The notes under the pieces: generated by a model
Seen by the model: only the letters and a program-made list of their open reading frames with translations
What the model was told of the DNA's origin: nothing
The model's database searches: none
Sequence record: PZ151149.1
Source: a phage
Reading direction: 5' to 3' (one strand)
Length of the DNA: 64,000 bases
Translations under genes and position numbers: made by a program
Part shown: piece after piece, positions 56,925 to 64,000 of the stretch
Layout of the letters: each line of letters begins with the position of its first letter
Position numbering within the stretch: position 1 is the stretch's first letter

Positions 56925-57413
56925 CTATCTTAATCTTTGTATAAATTGTTTCTTATACTTCTTCGTGATCTCTTCTCTTGTATCCGCGTCACAATAATCG
57001 AAACCTTCTGCGTCCATAATAGCAACCATCTCCGCGCGTGTCAAGCGTGAAAATCGTTTTACTTTATCAACAGCATATTGAGGATGTAAATGATTGTTGG
57101 TGTAGTCTCCTTTGATGTAATTAACATAGTTTGTAGCCCAAACAACGAAGTCAGCACCTAAAGCACCAACACCAAACCGTTTAAAGTCTCCGGTCAACGA
57201 TCCTTCTAGGCGGTTGCAACACGAATGAAGCAATCCCCTTACGCGGCCTTGCCCTTTCCCATCTAGATCGTGATCATGGTCAAGATGGTTTTTGCTCATA
57301 TCCTCAAAAAGTGGCAATTGACAAAGGGGGCAAATGCCCCCTTGTTTTTCGAATAGTTCTTGTTTGTACTCTTTAGCACTCTTAGCAGTCAGTAACATAA
57401 ATTCACCCTCCAA
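56925..57413 (-). CDS. 49: endonuclease VII (Holliday junction resolvase)
   Basis: 162 aa (T4 157); NHLDHDH.L.G...G.VRGLL...CN..EG, Y..N..HP, FSRL..EM blocks match T4 endo VII. Confidence 0.9.
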   Translation of the reverse strand: MEGEFMLLTAKSAKEYKQELFEKQGGICPLCQLPLFEDMSKNHLDHDHDLDGKGQGRVRGLLHSCCNRLEGSLTGDFKRFGVGALGADFVVWATNYVNYIKGDYTNNHLHPQYAVDKVKRFSRLTRAEMVAIMDAEGFDYCDADTREEITKKYKKQFIQRLR

Positions 57414-57422
57414 AGAAGGTAT

Positions 57423-57716
57423 TTAACCATTAATCTTGTTTTTGACTACAAAGGAACGGAACTCATCAAAACCACCAATATAATCACCATTATAGAAAAT
57501 CTGCGGCATGGTGGCAATAACTTCTACCCCTGCGCGATCCTGAATATCGGCAATGATAGAATCAATCTTTACAGGGCGACCGTTTTCGTCCACACCATCA
57601 TTAACCGGAATGTAGATGTAAGGGATCTTACGCGATTCACAAAGTCGCTTTGCATTCTGGCAATACTTACAGTTGTAACCTTCAAAACCAAAAATTTCTA
57701 CCATGTTATACCTCAA
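57423..57716 (-). CDS. nrdC: glutaredoxin/thioredoxin (NrdC-like)
   Basis: 97 aa; CKYCQNAKRL (T4 CVYCDNAKRL) and MPQ.F...IGGFD blocks. Confidence 0.8.
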   Translation of the reverse strand: MRYNMVEIFGFEGYNCKYCQNAKRLCESRKIPYIYIPVNDGVDENGRPVKIDSIIADIQDRAGVEVIATMPQIFYNGDYIGGFDEFRSFVVKNKING

Positions 57717-58525
57717 TCTACGTTAGTTACATAAACTTCTTGCGTATCAGAAGACTTACCACCTGAACGATCTAGGCAATAGGTCTTATTCAACAGGACG
57801 CAGTTTAAATCATTCCGCTTGATAAAGTCAAGAAGATGATCATTTACCTTTCCCTTATGATGTGTGACATTACTGATACCAAACTGAAAACCACGCGCCA
57901 TAATAGATTCTACCCACTGATAGAATTTAATCTCTTCCTCGTCACTCCAGAACTTATTGTATTCCGCAGAAGTGATAAGGTACGGCGGGTCCAAATAAAC
58001 GAAATCACCTGGCAAGATCTCGATCTCGTCATAGCGACCAGACGTAAAACTGATTCGACCGTCTTTGTTTTCTTCCTTAAAATTCAGGACACGCTCTACC
58101 GCGTTTTCGTTAAAAGTCCGGCGACCAAAATTAGCATTAAATTCGCCCTTCCGGTTATGGCGGTTAATGTTGCTAAAACTATGCTGGATCAGAACAAACA
58201 GAGATAGCGGATCTGGATTCTCGTTATACTTCTTACGGAATGCCATGTAAGCATCTTTATCATCACGAGACAAACCATTCTCGGCAATAATCCGCTTGAT
58301 CGTAGAAACCGGATCAGGACACGCATCAATGGCCTTGTAAGCGTCAATTAAACGATGGTCATAGTCATTAGCCAGCACATCACCTTCAACATACAGAGAC
58401 ACGCTCAAGCCACCGCAAAAGGCATCAACAAAGCGGTTGTAGTGCTTAGGGAAATACTTACTAACACCGGGCAATAACTTTTCCTTATTGCCAGTATAGG
58501 GAATTAAACCTAATGCTTTCTTCAT
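57713..58525 (-). CDS. dam: DNA adenine methyltransferase
   Basis: 270 aa (T4 Dam 259); YTGNK, FPK.YNRFVD.FCGGLSVSL, catalytic DPPY, KFWS.EEE blocks. Confidence 0.9.
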   Translation of the reverse strand: MKKALGLIPYTGNKEKLLPGVSKYFPKHYNRFVDAFCGGLSVSLYVEGDVLANDYDHRLIDAYKAIDACPDPVSTIKRIIAENGLSRDDKDAYMAFRKKYNENPDPLSLFVLIQHSFSNINRHNRKGEFNANFGRRTFNENAVERVLNFKEENKDGRISFTSGRYDEIEILPGDFVYLDPPYLITSAEYNKFWSDEEEIKFYQWVESIMARGFQFGISNVTHHKGKVNDHLLDFIKRNDLNCVLLNKTYCLDRSGGKSSDTQEVYVTNVD

Positions 58526-58956
58526 TATCCCTTCCTTAAATAAGTTCTTTCAGTTTCTACCAGTTCGAAAAATTCATCCCAATCACACGGAAAGTTGCAG
58601 TTTCCAAAATGGTCTTCGTTATAGAGTTCTTTACCGGATGGCAACTTAATATCTGTTACACTATACCAACCGCAGCAATCGCAATCACCCTCAGCAACAG
58701 AAACCTTCGTAGGAATTTGCATCATTGCCAGATAGGTTGGTACGTCAGACTGTTCAAAGATCATGTAACCTTCATGGTCAAACGAGACAAAATTGTCATC
58801 ACCCAAAAAAGGAATGTAATGGTCATAGTCAGTGACAGGTTGACCGTGCAATTCCCATTCTACAATTTTAACAATACCACTAAACTTTATACCCATCATA
58901 TCAACCATAAAATGGGTATCATCAATGTAAATCTTACTAGGAGTTGGATAAACCAT
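58525..58956 (-). CDS. hypothetical Cys-rich protein
   Basis: 143 aa; CDCCGW...CNFPCDW. Confidence 0.5.
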   Translation of the reverse strand: MVYPTPSKIYIDDTHFMVDMMGIKFSGIVKIVEWELHGQPVTDYDHYIPFLGDDNFVSFDHEGYMIFEQSDVPTYLAMMQIPTKVSVAEGDCDCCGWYSVTDIKLPSGKELYNEDHFGNCNFPCDWDEFFELVETERTYLRKG

Positions 58957-58966
58957 TATATAATCC

Positions 58967-59263
58967 TCATATCTCAGAGAATAGAATCTCGGTTAGCTTC
59001 ACTGACTGCTCTCTGAATGTTAGCGTATACTCGAAAGGAAAGTCAACACCTAATTTCAGAAGAGAATAACCTACCGCCTCTTTATGCTTGTCGGTTAGGG
59101 CAATCCTAACCAATTCCCGTTGAATCTCTTTAGGCGGTGAATGGATAGTAACACGGGTATCGTGTAATGTCCAGTCACCATTTCGAATTAAGATTAACGG
59201 TTTATCGTCACTAAAGATCACCGACCCCTTTCCGGTCGGTGAGTGTTTTATACTAATCATCAA
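58967..59263 (-). CDS. hypothetical protein
   Basis: 98 aa ORF. Confidence 0.5.
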   Translation of the reverse strand: MMISIKHSPTGKGSVIFSDDKPLILIRNGDWTLHDTRVTIHSPPKEIQRELVRIALTDKHKEAVGYSLLKLGVDFPFEYTLTFREQSVKLTEILFSEI

Positions 59264-59474
59264 ATTCTAAGAAATATTCTGGAACGATATAACCGTTAAA
59301 GTCATTGCACTTATAAAAATGTGGTGCATTCAATGCTGGATGAGCATTAGTAAAGAGTTTACCCTCTAGAAACAGAATGTAATTAATAGGTCTAATACCG
59401 ACAGAATCAGGATCTAAACCTTTTTCTTTCAGTTCAGCCAGCGTTAAAACTCGTCCAGATCGTAACTTAGCCAT
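59253..59474 (-). CDS. hypothetical protein
   Basis: 73 aa ORF. Confidence 0.45.
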   Translation of the reverse strand: MAKLRSGRVLTLAELKEKGLDPDSVGIRPINYILFLEGKLFTNAHPALNAPHFYKCNDFNGYIVPEYFLEFDD

Positions 59475-59760
59475 GATTTACCCCCAATTCATCAAGATTA
59501 TGTCGCAGCATTTCAGAGTATTTCTCTACTTCCTTAATCTTAGTGTGGATCTCCACGATCTCATCTTCACTATCAGAAAGTTTAATGGCAATCGCGAGCG
59601 TGCTTTTACCAGCTTTCATAGTCTCTTTCAGTTCAACCAACAGATCCGCGTGTTTCAGTAGCAGATCTTCACGTCGAACATAAGCGACGGTCAAAGCCTC
59701 ATCAGCGATTTCTAAAGCGTTTTCAGCGACACCAACAACCATTTTACGAGTAGACAGCAT
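59467..59760 (-). CDS. hypothetical protein
   Basis: 97 aa ORF. Confidence 0.5.
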   Translation of the reverse strand: MLSTRKMVVGVAENALEIADEALTVAYVRREDLLLKHADLLVELKETMKAGKSTLAIAIKLSDSEDEIVEIHTKIKEVEKYSEMLRHNLDELGVNHG

Positions 59761-59774
59761 AAATTCACCTCACA

Positions 59775-60083
59775 TTATTTCACGTTAACGCCGTCATCAA
59801 TCCAGCCGACGCTATTTGGTTTAACAGTTTTACCATAGGATGCATACTTAATCAAGCATGGTTTAACATCATTATCAAATCTTCCTAAGCGTACTCCCAA
59901 ATCAGGAATATCCATGTATGCGGCTTTATATCCCCATGTACAATATTCAGCATCAATCTCAACCGGACGGCCTTTAAAAGCATATACATCACTGTAACGG
60001 TCAACGATAACATAGCGATAGCCAGCCGGAAGATACACAGTTTCGCCGTAAACTTTAACTGGAGTAGCAGAAGAGATAAACAT
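59775..60083 (-). CDS. hypothetical protein
   Basis: 102 aa; GAGGATTATATT SD after a PeSL-like cassette. Confidence 0.5.
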   Translation of the reverse strand: MFISSATPVKVYGETVYLPAGYRYVIVDRYSDVYAFKGRPVEIDAEYCTWGYKAAYMDIPDLGVRLGRFDNDVKPCLIKYASYGKTVKPNSVGWIDDGVNVK

Positions 60084-60109
60084 AATATAATCCTCACATC
60101 GTTCATTTG

Positions 60110-60147
60110 ATGCGGCTATTATAGGATAACCGCATTTTCATGTCAAC
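60110..60147 (-). promoter_or_regulatory. early promoter with stem-loop (PeSL-like)
   Basis: TTGACA, 17 nt, TATAAT inside the loop of ATGCGG...CCGCAT. Confidence 0.55.
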
Positions 60148-60152
60148 AGTTT

Positions 60153-60461
60153 TTAAAAATCTTCTTCCGGTTTATATCGACCGTCGTCTTCTTGTTTTGG
60201 GCTGAATCCGGTATGTTTGCGCGGTTTAGCTTCCGGCTTACCAGCAATTGATAGACCAAAACATTTCAATCCTTTATAGATCATGACAATTTCTACAATA
60301 ATCCACGTTATAGGCCAGACGATCGCAGCAATACAAAATGCTCCTGTATCGACCTCTTTAGTGTCCTTGTCGAATCTGGCATACAAGCAGAATACAAGAT
60401 ACGAGATCATTGCACCTACCGCCCAGATAGAAAGATTTCTGCCTAACGCGTTTAAATCCAT
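60153..60461 (-). CDS. hypothetical membrane protein
   Basis: 102 aa with two hydrophobic helices. Confidence 0.5.
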   Translation of the reverse strand: MDLNALGRNLSIWAVGAMISYLVFCLYARFDKDTKEVDTGAFCIAAIVWPITWIIVEIVMIYKGLKCFGLSIAGKPEAKPRKHTGFSPKQEDDGRYKPEEDF

Positions 60462-60470
60462 AATACCTCC

Positions 60471-60749
60471 TTACATGTCTTGCAGTGCATAAAAGCATTT
60501 TTCTTCGTAGTCGTAGAAAATGTCAAAGTATGCTTTTTCTACATACTCGCCATTGATCCAAGCGGCAGTAACAATCAGGGTAGTCCAGTTAGATCCGCTC
60601 TCAACGGTAAAGGTTTTAATACCCAGCTTCACAGCAAGGTCACGCGCAAACTGGTCGCAACCACGGCAGGAAGTGATATTGGAAGTTTTGATTTTAAAGC
60701 CACCGCGAGTTTTAGAAATTTCTACTTTAGCGAAAGACAGGTTGCTCAT
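60471..60749 (-). CDS. hypothetical protein
   Basis: 92 aa; AAGGAGAATCAAA SD. Confidence 0.5.
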   Translation of the reverse strand: MSNLSFAKVEISKTRGGFKIKTSNITSCRGCDQFARDLAVKLGIKTFTVESGSNWTTLIVTAAWINGEYVEKAYFDIFYDYEEKCFYALQDM

Positions 60750-60788
60750 TTTGATTCTCCTTAAGAAGTGTGTTTCGTTTTGATGTGT

Positions 60789-60820
60789 GTAGTATAGGGG
60801 ATACGTGATCCCCTGTCAAC
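60789..60820 (-). promoter_or_regulatory. early promoter with stem-loop (PeSL-like)
   Basis: TTGACA, hairpin GGGGAT-cacgt-ATCCCC in the spacer, TATACT. Confidence 0.55.
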
Positions 60821-60827
60821 AACTTTT

Positions 60828-61157
60828 TTATGATTTTAGTGAATTAACTACTACATCAAAATGAGGCACAGAGAACACCTTACGAAACACGTATTCATCA
60901 TGTTTAGGAATCGCCCCTAGCCGCTCTATTTCGCTCGCTAACACGATAAACTGTTTATCTGGCGCATCTGTCTTATATGCTTCAACAACGCACGGAAAAC
61001 TCGTTTTAGCGAGTTCGGGATAGTTTTCGGACTCCATCAGGACGATGAATACTCTGTTACATTGATTGTAGAATCCTGTTTTTGATTTCATCAAGTTTTC
61101 TTCTATGTACATTTCGTGCAATCTTCCTTTCATGATTTCGTTGGTTCTTGTCTTCAC
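60828..61157 (-). CDS. hypothetical protein (start uncertain)
   Basis: 109 aa; overlaps the upstream ORF by 100 nt in another frame; an internal ATG start is likely. Confidence 0.4.
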   Translation of the reverse strand: MKTRTNEIMKGRLHEMYIEENLMKSKTGFYNQCNRVFIVLMESENYPELAKTSFPCVVEAYKTDAPDKQFIVLASEIERLGAIPKHDEYVFRKVFSVPHFDVVVNSLKS

Positions 61158-61395
61158 AGTTTACCCATTCAACAAGATCTTTACCTAACTCGAAAGCCCA
61201 TTCTCGGTCTTGCTTTACGTTTTGTAGGTATGGACTTTCCGACACTCGACGAAGTGATGTTGTTGTAACAAGAATGATCCCAGGAATGGTCGGGTGTTCC
61301 TTTCCGTATACAATCGGACGGGAATCACGCTCAACACCTTGTAAGAAGGTATATCCTGAATCATTCAGCAACAAATACATTTTCAGTTCGTTCAT
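61057..61395 (-). CDS. hypothetical protein (3' end uncertain)
   Basis: 112 aa; its C-terminal ~30 codons overlap the next ORF. Confidence 0.4.
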   Translation of the reverse strand: MNELKMYLLLNDSGYTFLQGVERDSRPIVYGKEHPTIPGIILVTTTSLRRVSESPYLQNVKQDREWAFELGKDLVEWVNCEDKNQRNHERKIARNVHRRKLDEIKNRILQSM

Positions 61396-61652
61396 TACAG
61401 CTTCCTCAACCAGTTATTAAAACGAGCAAACAATGATGCTTTTCGTGCTTCTTCTGCTTTACGGGCAAACCTATCCAAGAAACACCATTCATAATCATCA
61501 TTATAAATTCCCTCAAAGGAAGCGCCAGCTTTGCGTAGTTCTCTTGTTGGTATCAAGAAACTATCATAGAAGGGAGTTCCTCTAACAATAATCGGAAGTT
61601 TAACACCTTTCATGAAAGAATATCCGCCATCACCAAAAATTTCAATCTTCAT
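61395..61652 (-). CDS. small protein, tandem paralog 2
   Basis: 85 aa; MKIEIFGDGGYSFMKGVKLPIIV..., paralogous to 61671..61874. Confidence 0.5.
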   Translation of the reverse strand: MKIEIFGDGGYSFMKGVKLPIIVRGTPFYDSFLIPTRELRKAGASFEGIYNDDYEWCFLDRFARKAEEARKASLFARFNNWLRKL

Positions 61653-61670
61653 AATATAATCCTCAATTAA

Positions 61671-61874
61671 TTACACTTCCCAGGCTTCTTTGCTAAGAAA
61701 ACACCATTTATACTCAGGAGAATAACCTTTAATCGGTACGCCAGCTTTGCGTAATTCCTGCGTTTCAACAAGATAATCATGCCCATACGGTCGACCTTCC
61801 ACGATGATAGGAAGTTCAACGCCTTTCATGAAAGAATATCCGCCATTGTCAAAAATTTCAATTTTAATTTTCAT
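61671..61874 (-). CDS. small protein, tandem paralog 1
   Basis: 67 aa; MKIKIEIFDNGGYSFMKGVELPIIV...EYKWCFL. Confidence 0.5.
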   Translation of the reverse strand: MKIKIEIFDNGGYSFMKGVELPIIVEGRPYGHDYLVETQELRKAGVPIKGYSPEYKWCFLSKEAWEV

Positions 61875-62119
61875 TTTACATTATCTCCATAGATCTTTCC
61901 ATCAATATCAATTTCACCAGCGCGAACATCCAGTATAAGATGCGGTAGGTGTATGCAGTTTTCCCAGCCTACGCGCTTCATTTCTTCTACGGTAACGTAA
62001 GCCCATCCGTTCGCTGTAATAAAGTCTACTTCAACCTTAAGAGGAAAGCAAGACTTTTCTATGTCTTCGAATCCAACAATATGTTTTGTTGTTGAATATG
62101 GGATGTATCCGACGATCAT
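61871..62119 (-). CDS. hypothetical protein
   Basis: 82 aa ORF. Confidence 0.5.
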   Translation of the reverse strand: MIVGYIPYSTTKHIVGFEDIEKSCFPLKVEVDFITANGWAYVTVEEMKRVGWENCIHLPHLILDVRAGEIDIDGKIYGDNVK

Positions 62120-62361
62120 TTTGTGATCTCCTTATACTCAACACACCATAAGCGGGTAGCCCATGATAAACGCTCGTAACGCTGGCAGAAATCGGACCAT
62201 AGATATTGTGTGCCGTCCTGCATAGTTGAAATATGCGTTTTCTCTCCCACTTTCACGAAAGAAGTATTAGATTTTGTGATCTCGACCGGAGTATATCCGA
62301 AAGCTGGCGGTATTACTGATTCGTTGGTCTTCATTCTATATTCCTCACTCTTCTGTTTCAT
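62116..62361 (-). CDS. hypothetical protein
   Basis: 81 aa ORF. Confidence 0.5.
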   Translation of the reverse strand: MKQKSEEYRMKTNESVIPPAFGYTPVEITKSNTSFVKVGEKTHISTMQDGTQYLWSDFCQRYERLSWATRLWCVEYKEITK

Positions 62362-62581
62362 TTCTTTTATATGGTACTATAACAGGATTAATACAGCAAG
62401 CACCAATTACGTTATGAGCACCACAATTTAAACATTTATAATCATGGAACTTATTAAGGAATCGACCAAACTCATAACCGACTAACGCCGCATGTACTTG
62501 AGTCTCGATCTCATCCATATCAGCTAATGTTTTAACCTTCATAATATAATCCTCAAATGGTAGTTTTGCGAAGATGGTCAT
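62345..62581 (-). CDS. hypothetical Cys-rich small protein
   Basis: 78 aa; CLNCG...ACC segment. Confidence 0.45.
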   Translation of the reverse strand: MTIFAKLPFEDYIMKVKTLADMDEIETQVHAALVGYEFGRFLNKFHDYKCLNCGAHNVIGACCINPVIVPYKRNETEE

Positions 62582-62843
62582 TACATGCTTTTAATGCATC
62601 AGTCGAGGTGTCATAGCGAGTATTATCATAGCACCAGTAACCATCTGTCAACTGATAAATTAATCCATCCTTTTTAGCTTCGATGAAAGACAATTCTTTG
62701 AAAGTTTCTACTTTCTTTGCTGATACTCCACGATCGCGGCGTTTATACAGTTTAGCTAAAATGCGTTCGGCTTGTTCCTCTTTATCGCCAGACAGATCCC
62801 AGATAATACTGCGGATATGTTTGATTAATTGTTCAGTGGTCAT
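62553..62843 (-). CDS. hypothetical protein
   Basis: Start taken at ATG 62843 (AGGAGAATCAACA SD); the track start 62897 lies inside the promoter cassette. Confidence 0.5.
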   Translation of the reverse strand: MTTEQLIKHIRSIIWDLSGDKEEQAERILAKLYKRRDRGVSAKKVETFKELSFIEAKKDGLIYQLTDGYWCYDNTRYDTSTDALKACNDHLRKTTI

Positions 62844-62881
62844 TGTTGATTCTCCTAGAAAGTGTCGTGCTTCGATGTGTG

Positions 62882-62912
62882 TATTGTGCAATAACACCGG
62901 ATCGCTGTCAAC
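62882..62912 (-). promoter_or_regulatory. early promoter (PeSL-like, weak stem)
   Basis: TTGACA, 17 nt, CACAAT, followed by the conserved SD. Confidence 0.45.
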
Positions 62913-62929
62913 ACTTTCTAAGAAAAATT

Positions 62930-63214
62930 TTAAATTAATCGAATATAGCCCAGAATTTCAGCACTTTTAGCCAGGTCTAAAACTTCCCATTCAAGGTCGC
63001 CGTAGTCATAATTTGCAACCATCAACTGATCATTTTTCATGCAGCAATCATGAGAGAAAATTTGCCCCGCATAAACTACGATAGTGATAAACTTTCCTGA
63101 TTCTGGCGGTGTGGAAGACAAAGCGACCATATGACCATTCAGCTTAGTCACCAGTGATGGAACAATAAAATTCGGGCTTACCTGAATGCTGTTAAATCCG
63201 TTTGTGTCTTTCAT
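62930..63214 (-). CDS. hypothetical protein
   Basis: 94 aa ORF. Confidence 0.5.
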   Translation of the reverse strand: MKDTNGFNSIQVSPNFIVPSLVTKLNGHMVALSSTPPESGKFITIVVYAGQIFSHDCCMKNDQLMVANYDYGDLEWEVLDLAKSAEILGYIRLI

Positions 63215-63561
63215 GCCAGACCTCGCAAAACACTAATAGCATAATCATGCTGGTTATTCATAATATCAATTGCGTTGTGATAGCGAGCTAAACCATCAAG
63301 GATAAATTCTTGTTTATCCTGTTTCAGTTTGGTATCACGCGCAGCCATAAGAGCATCAAGAACAGGTCCAAAGTGATTATCTAATTCATCTTCGGTTGCA
63401 ATGTTTCCTATTGCCTCGTCGATCCGTGATTCTAATGCTTGCTTTTCGTTGATCACTTGCTGGGTATATTCCAACACATCAAGAATATCGCGGGTAACGT
63501 CGCCATGATAAGGTATTCCCGCGTGAATATGATCAATTAATCGCTGAATATCAATGTTCAA
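63211..63561 (-). CDS. hypothetical protein
   Basis: 116 aa; TTG start with GAGGG SD. Confidence 0.45.
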   Translation of the reverse strand: MNIDIQRLIDHIHAGIPYHGDVTRDILDVLEYTQQVINEKQALESRIDEAIGNIATEDELDNHFGPVLDALMAARDTKLKQDKQEFILDGLARYHNAIDIMNNQHDYAISVLRGLA

Positions 63562-63880
63562 TTGTAACCCTCCTCTGAAAGTACATCCCAGATCGTTGCG
63601 TCAAGGTGCATTAAATTCCACATAATAGAGTCATAACTACCGAAGCCAGAAGTAAAAATTACATCACACTGACGATAGGTCTTATGAAAATCGGTAGCTG
63701 TCTCTGCATCAATCGGCATATCGTCACCTGAAAGCACCAGACAGAATCATAACCCTGTTAGCCGTTGGCGCTTGCTTAGTCTTTTCAGCATATTTTTCGA
63801 TGATCCGTTTTGCCTTTTCTTCTTTGATACGTCCAGACCAAATCCGGTTTCGGTATTGATTCATAATAATTTCAATCACA

Positions 63881-64000
63881 TCATTTTGCATTCTTCACGG
63901 TCTCCATAATTGTTTTGTAAGCCAGTTTAAGATGATCACCGAAAAACTTTGCGGTGTTACCCTTCGGATCGCGGAGCATGGTTTCTACGATCTCATCGGC
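63881..64000 (-). CDS. 3' end of a gene that starts beyond the window
   Basis: Minus-strand frame open from nt 64000 down to TGA at 63881; C-terminus ...KTIMETVKNAK. Confidence 0.4.
   Translation of the reverse strand, partial: ADEIVETMLRDPKGNTAKFFGDHLKLAYKTIMETVKNAK

Noticed and set aside
10895-62912. Repeated GC-rich hairpin elements as a possible CRISPR array
   Set aside because: Copies are dispersed between genes, not regularly spaced direct repeats; each has promoter geometry and is followed by an SD and ATG; no cas genes are present
63562-63880. Possible frameshifted gene at the right end
   Set aside because: Two short ORFs (about 47 and 53 aa) in different frames, both closed by stops upstream; no recognisable homology to join them; left unannotated
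1-64000. tRNA, rRNA or other structured RNA genes
   Set aside because: No cloverleaf-like or rRNA-like segment recognised by eye, and coding density leaves few gaps; a tRNAscan-type search would be needed to exclude small RNAs

Overview
This window is a contiguous piece of a T4-like (Tevenvirinae-type) myophage genome. All identifications come from reading the sequence and remembered T4 protein motifs; no database search or folding was run. Plus strand, 1..7870: late tail-fibre genes (a 5'-truncated fibre gene, a gp36-like gene, a 1018-aa gp37-like distal fibre ending in an intramolecular-chaperone domain), three tandem glycine-rich small genes where T4 has gene 38, and holin t. Minus strand, 7905..64000: a dense early-gene array in T4 order, read right to left: dam, nrdC, 49, nrdD, nrdG, nrdH-like, 55, 47, 46, 45, 44, 62, regA, 43, uvsX, 41, 61, dda, dexA, 39 (39+60 fused), rIIA, rIIB, 52, with about 60 small ORFs of unknown function between them. 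Main observations: gene 43 is interrupted by a ~1.1 kb probable group I intron carrying an HNH endonuclease ORF; a second, free-standing HNH endonuclease sits on the plus strand behind a TATAAATA late promoter; at least 17 copies of a promoter/stem-loop/RBS cassette resembling the PeSL elements reported for RB49-type phages; a large modular paralog family around the nrd genes; no hydroxymethylase or glucosyltransferase genes between uvsX and 43. No rRNA or CRISPR was seen, and no tRNA was recognised by eye. Coordinates of regulatory elements are approximate (a few nt).
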